A DNA stretch of 64,000 nt. It comes from Candidatus Poribacteria bacterium (GTDB taxonomy: Bacteria; Poribacteria; WGA-4E; PCPOR2b). The position numbers and the translations under genes were made by a program. Below the pieces are notes generated by a model, which was not told where the DNA came from, made no database searches, and saw only the letters and a program-made list of their open reading frames with translations. The stretch covers positions 2,208,001 through 2,272,000 of the forward strand of contig OZ242351.1 in assembly GCA_965208675.1 (NCBI GenBank), read 5' to 3'. Positions 1 through 7,873 of this stretch are shown here, in pieces (positions within the stretch are counted from its first letter, which is position 1; the number at the start of each line of letters is the position of its first letter).

Positions 1-563
1 TTATGCCTAGCCCATTCCACTGCAAGCAGCTTCGTGATTTGCATCAATCCGCCTTTGGATGCGGCGTACGCCGTGATTGTAGGCAGGCCAATCGCGGAGG
101 CTAACGACAGATTATTGATAATTTTTCCCGCGTTCTGCTGAATCATGACTTTTCCGCAAGCCTGCGTAAGAAAGAAAGTTCCTTTGAGGTTCACATCTGT
201 AACCGTATCCCAGTCAGCTTCGGTGTATTCTTCAGCGGGACGGCGCACGTTAATGCCTGCATTGTTTACGAGAACGTCAATCCTACCGAATTGATCCATT
301 GTCCGCTCAACTATTCGACCGATATCATCGAAATTGCCGACATCAGCTCGAATCGGTATCACCTGACGACCGCTCTCATTCGCTATGCGTCCAGCAATCG
401 ACTGAAGCGGCTCTAATCTCCTGCCAACAATTAGGAGATTCGAACCCGCCCCGGCGAGACCCTCCGCCATTGCTAATCCGATTCCGCGGCTCGCGCCAGT
501 AACAATGCTGACTTTATCGTCGAGCCGAAACTTGTCGATTGTTCTGATTGCGGATGATTGCAA
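1..563 (-). CDS. SDR family oxidoreductase (gluconate 5-dehydrogenase/KduD-like), runs off the window start
   Basis: Manual reverse translation gives TGASRGIG (Rossmann), VNNAG and YAASKGG (YxxxK). Probable TTG start at 563 after GAAAGG. Not in the ORF track. Confidence 0.85.
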   Translation of the reverse strand, partial: MQSSAIRTIDKFRLDDKVSIVTGASRGIGLAMAEGLAGAGSNLLIVGRRLEPLQSIAGRIANESGRQVIPIRADVGNFDDIGRIVERTMDQFGRIDVLVNNAGINVRRPAEEYTEADWDTVTDVNLKGTFFLTQACGKVMIQQNAGKIINNLSLASAIGLPTITAYAASKGGLMQITKLLAVEWARH

Positions 564-770
564 GATGCGCCTTTCTTGTAAAGTAACGTCCTGTGCTATG
601 ACAGATTATATCACCTTATAGGGATGGGGGCAAACGAAAAGGGCTGAAATCACTTTACGTAGGTTCATCCGTGTGCTACAATAAAACACCGCTGTTTTCG
701 CCGTAAAAACTGCGCATTAACAGCAATCAACCTGATCTCCCGCTAGCGCGAAAGGACGTAATTCGAACCC

Positions 771-1379
771 ATGAAAATCGCCGTCTTAGTCTCTGGCAGC
801 GGCAGCAATCTACAAGTATTGATTGATCAACTGCACAGAGATACCACGTGTGATATTGAGATTTCCGTCGTGATTAGCGATAAACGAACTGCTTACGCGC
901 TCACCCGTGCGAGGCAAGCGAACATCCCCACCCATGTTGTAAAGTTACGAGATTTCCCAAATCGCAATGCGTTCGATGCAGAGATTTCAAGAGTTATTGA
1001 CAAGTACGAAGCAGAGCTGATTGTCTTAGCAGGTTTTATGAAGGTGCTTCAGCCGCAGTTTGTGCAAAAGTACCGCAACTGCATCATCAATATCCATCCA
1101 TCGCTGCTGCCAGCCTTCCCGGGCGCACATCCGTTACCCGATGCCCTGGCTTATGGCGTCAAAGTCAGCGGGGCGACCGTGCATTTTGTTGATGAGGGGC
1201 TTGATACCGGTCCTATCATCGCCCAAGTTTCGGTTCCTGTATACGACAGTGATAACGAGGAAAGCCTGCACGCACGAATTCAGATTGAAGAGTATAAAAT
1301 TTACCCGCAAGTGGTGAAATTATGTGCGGAAGGCAAGCTCGAAATCTCCGGTCGAAAGGTCACGGTGAAAGAAACCTAG
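771..1379 (+). CDS. purN: Phosphoribosylglycinamide formyltransferase
   Basis: SGSGSNLQ, LAGFM, INIHPSLLPAFPG, GATVHFVDEGLDTGPII motifs. Confidence 0.97.
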   Translation: MKIAVLVSGSGSNLQVLIDQLHRDTTCDIEISVVISDKRTAYALTRARQANIPTHVVKLRDFPNRNAFDAEISRVIDKYEAELIVLAGFMKVLQPQFVQKYRNCIINIHPSLLPAFPGAHPLPDALAYGVKVSGATVHFVDEGLDTGPIIAQVSVPVYDSDNEESLHARIQIEEYKIYPQVVKLCAEGKLEISGRKVTVKET

Positions 1380-1380
1380 G

Positions 1381-2289
1381 ATGATAGCAGTTTCGACAAT
1401 GTGGAATGCGACCAATCAACCCGATGGTGCGGCGATGCTTGATGAACTTAAAGCCCTCGGATTTGATGCTATCGAACTGAGCCGACACCTAACAAGGGAG
1501 CAACTCGAACAGCTCAAACCGCATCTGAATCAGATGAAGCCGTGTTCCATCCATAATTTTTGTCCAGTTCTGCCCTATATCCCGCAAGCTGAAGCGGAAA
1601 ATGATCCGGTTCAGTTATCAAGTCTGGATGTGGACGAACGGCAGGAAGCATTGAAGTGGACTACCGAAACAATGGAACTCGCTGTCGATCTTGAGATTCC
1701 GATTGTCGTGCTTCATCTGGGAGAGGTGGACACCCATGATCGGTCTTACCTGATGAGGGATCTGTACGAATACGGGGAACGGGAATTTGAGGCATTTGGC
1801 CGCAAAGTCGAAGAGGCAACCGACTGGCGCAAACGCAAGCAAGCCAAACATCAGGATGCTGCGCTGTTCAGCCTCGACGCCTTAAATGAACTTGCGCTGC
1901 GGATGGACCTCCATCTGGCAGTTGAGAATCGACCGCACTATTATCAAATCCCAAATTTTGATGAGATGGGGATGTTGTTGGAGAAGTTCGAAGGAAGCAA
2001 CATGCGGTATTGGCATGATGTCGGACATGCGGCGCTGCAAGAACGCATTGGGCTCTGTTGGTCGCATCGTTGGCTGGCGGCGTACAAAGACCATCTCATC
2101 GGTGCCAACCTACACGAGCTCAAAGACCTCGAAGCCCACTATCCTCCCGGCTTCGGAGATCTCGAATTCAATGAGATTATGGCGCAGATTCCATCGGATG
2201 TCCTCAAAGTGATCGAAGTCCGGCACGGTCAAGCGGAGGAACTCAAGGAAGCGAGGGAGTTGTGCCAGTCGCTCGTGCAGGAAGGGTGA
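1381..2289 (+). CDS. Sugar phosphate isomerase/epimerase (xylose isomerase-like TIM barrel)
   Basis: SIHNF, LAVENR, WHDVGH, NLHE metal-ligand pattern; starts 1 nt after purN. Confidence 0.8.
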   Translation: MIAVSTMWNATNQPDGAAMLDELKALGFDAIELSRHLTREQLEQLKPHLNQMKPCSIHNFCPVLPYIPQAEAENDPVQLSSLDVDERQEALKWTTETMELAVDLEIPIVVLHLGEVDTHDRSYLMRDLYEYGEREFEAFGRKVEEATDWRKRKQAKHQDAALFSLDALNELALRMDLHLAVENRPHYYQIPNFDEMGMLLEKFEGSNMRYWHDVGHAALQERIGLCWSHRWLAAYKDHLIGANLHELKDLEAHYPPGFGDLEFNEIMAQIPSDVLKVIEVRHGQAEELKEARELCQSLVQEG

Positions 2290-2304
2290 GGCGTAGCCCA
2301 ACCG

Positions 2305-3258
2305 CTAGAACCCCTGATTTCGATTAAATGTGCCCAACATGGGTTCCCCGTTTATCCACCGAGACAAATTTTCCAAAAATTGATCCCAAGTCCGTTCCAG
2401 CCGCACCGGGGATGCGCCCGCGCAGTGCGGTGTGATAACGACGTTTTCCATTCCCCAGAGCGGGTTGTCCGGCGGCAGCGGCTCCTCGGGCACGACATCC
2501 AACCCTGCGCCGGCAATCCAGCCTTCCTGCAGTGCCTCAATTAACCCATCCATGTCCATAATCTGCCCGCGTGTGACGTTAATCAGATATGCTGTCCGTT
2601 TCATCTGCCGTAATGTTTCGCGGTTGAACAACCCTCTCGTCTCCTCAGTCAGCGGCAACCCAATCATCACGACATCGGATTCCCCGAGCAACTTAGGCAG
2701 CTGATCGAGTCCCCAAACCTCCTCTATGAAGTCCGGCGCGGGGACATCAACAACGATGTCAATGGCGAGGACACCCATCCCGAAGGCGTGGGCACGCACC
2801 GCCGCCTCTCTCCCGGTTCCGCCGAATCCGACGACGCCCATGACTTTCCCGTACAACTCCTGGCTTTCATACGGGTAGCCATCCCACTTACGGTGATGCG
2901 CGGCGGGCGCAATGCCGCGAGTCAAGGCAAGCAATAGTCCAAAAGCGTGTTCTGCAAGCGGAATCCCGACGAAGCCTTTGCCCGAGGTGAGCACAACTTC
3001 GCTCTCGACGAATTCAGGGAACAAGAACATATCCACACCGGCGCTGTAGGTCTGCACCCATTTCAATTTTCGCGCCTTCAAGAATAAATCCCGATCGAAG
3101 TTGGGAAAGAGAATCTCGGCATCTTCAACTTCCCGGAGTGACTCCTCTCGCGAGGTGGTGAGCGTTACTTCTATCTTTTGCTCTGGATGTGAGAGCGCGA
3201 ACTGCTGGAGGCGATCCACTAGGTCACGGTTCTGAACTCCTTCGACTAAAATTTTCAT
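2305..3258 (-). CDS. D-2-hydroxyacid dehydrogenase
   Basis: GVVGFGGTG, LINVTRG, GAGLDV, ITPHCAG. Start moved to MKILVEG (3258), which follows an AAGGAG RBS. Confidence 0.9.
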   Translation of the reverse strand: MKILVEGVQNRDLVDRLQQFALSHPEQKIEVTLTTSREESLREVEDAEILFPNFDRDLFLKARKLKWVQTYSAGVDMFLFPEFVESEVVLTSGKGFVGIPLAEHAFGLLLALTRGIAPAAHHRKWDGYPYESQELYGKVMGVVGFGGTGREAAVRAHAFGMGVLAIDIVVDVPAPDFIEEVWGLDQLPKLLGESDVVMIGLPLTEETRGLFNRETLRQMKRTAYLINVTRGQIMDMDGLIEALQEGWIAGAGLDVVPEEPLPPDNPLWGMENVVITPHCAGASPVRLERTWDQFLENLSRWINGEPMLGTFNRNQGF

Positions 3259-3386
3259 TGCGGTCTCCTTCACGGTTTTTGTCAACGCCGCATTATAACA
3301 GAGATACCGATACGGCTCAACGGAAAACCGTATCACTTCGAGATCGTCCTTGAATCTCAACCACGAAATTGCTATAATTTCACACA

Positions 3387-3547
3387 TGGAAGACTTCTGG
3401 GTACCCTGCGTGAATCGCCACGCAAGCTACGGTCATCGGGAATTTGCCGAGTTTACGGACGTTTACGAGAATGAGTCGGACTTTGGAGCCAAGATCGAAG
3501 CCGAGTTTGACAAAATGATTAATGCCCACGTATTTCACGGGGATTAG
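3387..3547 (+). pseudogene. C-terminal remnant of a type III restriction endonuclease Res subunit (BPTD_3080-like)
   Basis: MEDFWVPCVNRHASYGHREFAEFTDVYENESDFGAKIEAEFDKMI resembles my recollection of the Res C-terminus (WVPGVN..G.YGRWAFAEF..VY); no upstream body. Confidence 0.55.
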
Positions 3548-3667
3548 TGGGAGCAAGTTGGAATGTCCAATGTGAAGCCTCGCTTTCTTACTGAATCACG
3601 CACTTTACAGATATGCGAAATTAAAATGTCAGATGACATCCTATGACGACGATTGGTACGCTAAACT

Positions 3668-4429
3668 ATGGACTTTCGCCTTGAAGCCGCTAAATACTAC
3701 GATTTACAACCCTTTCCGGATGACGTGCAATTTTATGAAAACTTGATATCTTCCAATACTGTTGATGTGCTTGAACTAGGTTGTGGAACTGGGCGTGTCC
3801 TGTCGCGTCTGGCAAACCGGTGTAGATATATTCATGGTATCGATCAGTCTGAAACCATGCTCGCAATTTGTCACCAATAGCTACAGGAGGCAGGGATTCC
3901 AAGGAAGAAGGCGTACGCTGAAATCGGCGACATTACAGACTTTTGTTTTGGACGTACCTTCGATTTCATCATTGCTCCGTTCCGTGCAATCCAAAACCTT
4001 GAGACTGATGATCAGGTGAATGGACTCTTTAACTGTATTGATAAACACCTAGCACCGCATGGGAACTGTATTCTAAATGCCTTTCACCCATGGCCCCTTG
4101 AGAAATTACGCCATATTTTGACCGCGAGAGAGGAAAAGATTAATTGGGAGGCGACACCTGGTGAGGTCCAGATTACCTGTCATTATAGATTTCGCCACAT
4201 TGATTTTGAGAAACAAGTGCTATATCCTGAATTAATATACCGGAGCTACAAAGACAATACGCTCGACAACGAAACCAACCTCAAAATTATCATGAGATTC
4301 TACTACCCTCGGCAGTTCGAGGATTTGATTGTTAGCCGCGGATTCAAGATTCTCAATCGCTGGGGCGGATATGCCGATGAACCTTACGGGAGTGGACCTG
4401 AACTGGTAATTGAGTTTGGTTTTAGTTAG
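3668..4429 (+). pseudogene. Class I SAM-dependent methyltransferase interrupted by one in-frame TAG (3878-3880)
   Basis: VLELGCGTGR motif I. The frame continues open past the TAG (LQEAG...GDITDFCFGRTFDFIIAPF) into ORF 4016..4429. Confidence 0.8.
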
Positions 4430-4608
4430 GGTATGATTCACCCGCATTTGCCGTCGTACCGTAGACCGATGTATGATATAATTTCCTGATCGGAAAACGG
4501 ACGGCGAAATGAATCCTTTTGGGAATTGCTTCGAGGGGTTTCTGGGGGACATTCCCGCTTTCCGCAAGTTTTATTGATGTTTACATTAACGCGTTCAGGA
4601 GGAGAAAT

Positions 4609-6843
4609 TTGAGATTTGGTGTGCGATTATGTGCGTTGGCTTTCGCGGCGTTGATGTGTATACCCATCGCTGCTGACGCCGATGAGGAAGATGACGAAAT
4701 TATTATGCTGGAAGAGATAATGGTTACTGCCCGCAAACGCGAGCAGCGGTCTTTTGAGGTGCCGCTCTCGGTTTCGACGCTGCGGGGCGAAAAAGCCGAC
4801 GCCTTGCGCTCATCCGGACTGGACATACGTTACCTGTCGAACCGCACACCCAGTTTGCAGATGGAATCCTCGTTTGGGCGTGTCTTTCCGCGCTTTTATA
4901 TCCGCGGCCTAGGAAATACGGACTTTGACCTTAACGCGTCGCAGCCGGTTTCTGTCCTCTATGACGGTGTTGTCCTCGAAAATGCACTGTTGAAAGGATT
5001 TCCCGCCTTTGATTTGGAGCGAATAGAGGTATTGCGGGGTCCGCAGGGCACGTTGTTCGGACGCAACACCCCCGCCGGCGCTGTCAAGTTTGAATCGGCA
5101 CGTCCCACGCAGGAATTTGAGGGATACGGCCGGTTTAGTTACGGCCGGTTCAGCAGTAGTAATTTTGAGGCTGCGGTGTCCGGCGCACTCATCCCATCTG
5201 TGCTTTCCACGCGGATTTCACTGCTTGACCAGCGGCGGGATGACTGGATAGAAAACGGGCATACGGATGAAGACAACGCTCTAGGCGGGCATCGTGACTT
5301 AGCAGGCCGGATACAGTTATTATGGACTCCCACACCGGAACTGAAAACTTGGATCAAGGTCCGCCTTCGCGATTTGGACGGCACAGCGCGACTGTTCCGC
5401 GCCAATACCTTGGTGCAGGGGCAAGGCGATCTCGTGGACGATTTTACCCGCGGCCGCATCGCGCACGACGGTCGTAATGAGCAAAATCTGAATACACAAG
5501 GTTTGGCAGCGGAAGTCCGCTACAACATGGGGAACTTCCAACTAGTTTCACTGACAGGGTTGGAGCGGTTGACCATGTTTGCGCGCGGAGACATTGACGG
5601 CGGGTACGGCGCCGTTTTCAGTCCGCCGAGCGGTCCCGGTGAAATTCCCTTTCCTTCCGAAACTGCGTCCGGTATTCCCCAGCTCCGCCAGTTTAGCCAA
5701 GAGGTCCGCCTAGTGAGTATAGCGCCGTACCGCCTCGCCTATCAGTTGGGGCTGTATTATTTCCGCGAGTTTGTGGAGATGGAAGATTTCAATTATAACA
5801 CCTTGACTGGCGGAACCGATGATGGGATGGTGCGACAAGAGCAGGAAGTGACTGCGCGGGCGGCATTTGCGGCGATGACGTACCAATGGAACAAAGACTT
5901 GGAATTGGGCGCCGGTGTACGATTATCTAATGATTTGAAGGACTATACCGCATGGCGAGACACTTCCCCAGCCGTTACGGAGGCAGGTCCCATAGGTCCT
6001 ATCCACCGGAATCCGCAAGACACAGTGTGGAGCGGAGATTTGAGTCTGCGCTACCGGGTCTCGCCTAGCGTGCAGACGTATTTGCGCACTGCACGAGGAT
6101 TTCGTGCGCCGAGCATTCAGGGACGCTTATTGTTTGGCAATGAGGTCACGGTAGCGGATACGGAGACGATTCTCTCCTTCGAAGGAGGCACGAAATTACG
6201 CCTGTGGGAACAGCGGATGCACCTGAATATGGCTGCATTCCATTACTTTATGCAAGATCAGCAACTGACTGCAGTTGGCGGAGAGGCTAATTTCAACCGG
6301 TTGGTGAATGCTGACAGCACTATCGGCCGGGGCGTTGAGGCGGAATTGACCCTTGCACCGATTACAGCGCTTGAAGTTACAGCGGGCCTCAGCTACAATC
6401 ATACGCGAATTGACGATCCGCACTTAGCGATACAGGGCTGCGGAGCTCCCTGTATTATGTTGGATCCGCCCGGTTCCGCCGACGGAACTTACTCCATTAA
6501 CGGCAACAGCCTGCCGCAGGCGCCGGGCTGGATTGCAGATGTGGCGCTGCGCTACGCCCTCGCACTTCCAGGAGGTGCGCACCTCATCGCGTCTACGGAC
6601 TGGGCATACCGCAGCCGCGTGCGGTTCTTTCTTTACGAATCTGTGGAATTTGGCGACGATTGGCTCTTGGACGGAGGTCTCCGCCTCGCTTGCCTATTGC
6701 CATTCGCCGATATGGAAGTGGCATTCGTGGGGCGCAACATCCTCAACGACACGTCACCAACCGGCGGGATTGATTTTAACAATCTGACCAGCTACGTCAA
6801 TGAACCCCGGTTTTGGGGACTGGAAGTGGTGCGGCGATTTTGA
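4609..6843 (+). CDS. TonB-dependent receptor
   Basis: TTG start after AGGAGGAG, signal peptide, TonB box LEEIMVTARKRE, plug motif RIEVLRGPQGTLFGRNTPAG, C-terminal Phe. Confidence 0.93.
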   Translation: MRFGVRLCALAFAALMCIPIAADADEEDDEIIMLEEIMVTARKREQRSFEVPLSVSTLRGEKADALRSSGLDIRYLSNRTPSLQMESSFGRVFPRFYIRGLGNTDFDLNASQPVSVLYDGVVLENALLKGFPAFDLERIEVLRGPQGTLFGRNTPAGAVKFESARPTQEFEGYGRFSYGRFSSSNFEAAVSGALIPSVLSTRISLLDQRRDDWIENGHTDEDNALGGHRDLAGRIQLLWTPTPELKTWIKVRLRDLDGTARLFRANTLVQGQGDLVDDFTRGRIAHDGRNEQNLNTQGLAAEVRYNMGNFQLVSLTGLERLTMFARGDIDGGYGAVFSPPSGPGEIPFPSETASGIPQLRQFSQEVRLVSIAPYRLAYQLGLYYFREFVEMEDFNYNTLTGGTDDGMVRQEQEVTARAAFAAMTYQWNKDLELGAGVRLSNDLKDYTAWRDTSPAVTEAGPIGPIHRNPQDTVWSGDLSLRYRVSPSVQTYLRTARGFRAPSIQGRLLFGNEVTVADTETILSFEGGTKLRLWEQRMHLNMAAFHYFMQDQQLTAVGGEANFNRLVNADSTIGRGVEAELTLAPITALEVTAGLSYNHTRIDDPHLAIQGCGAPCIMLDPPGSADGTYSINGNSLPQAPGWIADVALRYALALPGGAHLIASTDWAYRSRVRFFLYESVEFGDDWLLDGGLRLACLLPFADMEVAFVGRNILNDTSPTGGIDFNNLTSYVNEPRFWGLEVVRRF

Positions 6844-6967
6844 CCAAAGTACAGGCAATCCTTCAACACTGTGATTATTGGGCATGAAACTGAAAATATG
6901 ACTGGCAAATCTCGTTATAGTCATTTCGGTTCATGTTTATGCAAGGAGTGATCGACTGATTGATAAT

Positions 6968-6990
6968 CGAGGCTAGGAAGCCTCTCCCAC
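6968..6990. repeat. REP-like palindrome (gaggctaggaagcctctcccac)
   Basis: gaggct/agcctc inverted repeat ending in tctcccac; a related end occurs at about 57111-57209. Confidence 0.5.
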
Positions 6991-7064
6991 AAACCAATTG
7001 GTAAGCGCATAATTTTTAGTCGTAATGGCTATAGCACAGCTTTGACAAATTTCTTGGTGGACAA

Positions 7065-7356
7065 ATGAACAGAGATGAAGTTTTGAAGGTACTCCGGGCG
7101 CACAAAGCGATACTTGCGAAACGCTTTGGCGTAACAAACCTTGCCTTATTCGGCTCAGCCGCGCGTAACGAGATGTCCTCCGACAGCGACATAGACATCT
7201 TGGTTCGTTTCGACCGGCCGGGGACCTCAAAAGCCTACTTCGGCGTGCAATTTTACTTGGAGGACCTGCTGGGGCATCCCAGTCGATCTGGTCACTGACA
7301 AAGCGTTGCGGGTTGAGCTACGCCCTCATGTTGAGCAGGAGGCGATTGATGTGTAG
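7065..7356 (+). pseudogene. MNT (minimal nucleotidyltransferase) antitoxin, frameshifted, no HEPN partner
   Basis: LFGSAARNE...DSDIDILV motif. The C-terminus PVDLVTDKALRVELRPHVEQEAIDV* lies in the +1 frame after catccc at about 7280. Confidence 0.8.
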
Positions 7357-7480
7357 GTTCGGCCAGAAAACTCACGGCGGACGTTCTTTCTTTTAGCACA
7401 CAATCGTATTCACGATGGGAAATCTTTTCGTAGATTAGAAATCAGCATCAAATGAATTTTCCGGACACGAAATGTAAAAC

Positions 7481-7682
7481 ATGACCGACAAATTGCGTTA
7501 CCTGCTCACAGGTGAGCAACAAATAGATTTGTGGTGCACAGATGCAAAACAAATTCGTTTGTTGGACAAAAAACGGGAAATATGTCCGACAAATTGCGAT
7601 ACCTGCTCATGTATGAGCAGCAAATCACTTTATTGCTAACAGATGCACAATAAATTCGTTTGTCGAACAAAAATCGGGAAAA
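7481..7682 (+). repeat. Two 101-bp tandem direct repeats with conserved internal hairpins (candidate structured RNA or operator array)
   Basis: 7481-7581 vs 7582-7682 align without gaps at about 80% identity by manual count. Confidence 0.85.
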
Positions 7683-7873
7683 ATGTTAAAATATTCCGCT
7701 TTTAAACTAACCGCTGACCTCTCTGTCCGATCGATTAATCCTTCGCGCTTCGTTGGGTTGATTTCTTATCCGGGAGAATCTGAACGCATGTAAATATAAT
7801 TTTAAATGTATAAAACCACTAGCCACTGACCACTGGTCACTGGGAATTGTTTCTTAATAAGGAGAGTTTCTTA

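Noticed and set aside
7481-7686. CRISPR array interpretation of the tandem repeat
   Set aside because: Only two 101-bp units, similar along their whole length, with no unique spacers and no cas genes
7700-7845. Heptamer-like runs (ccactag ccactga ccactgg) as a functional array
   Set aside because: Short, degenerate, low-complexity intergenic repeats with only 3-4 units
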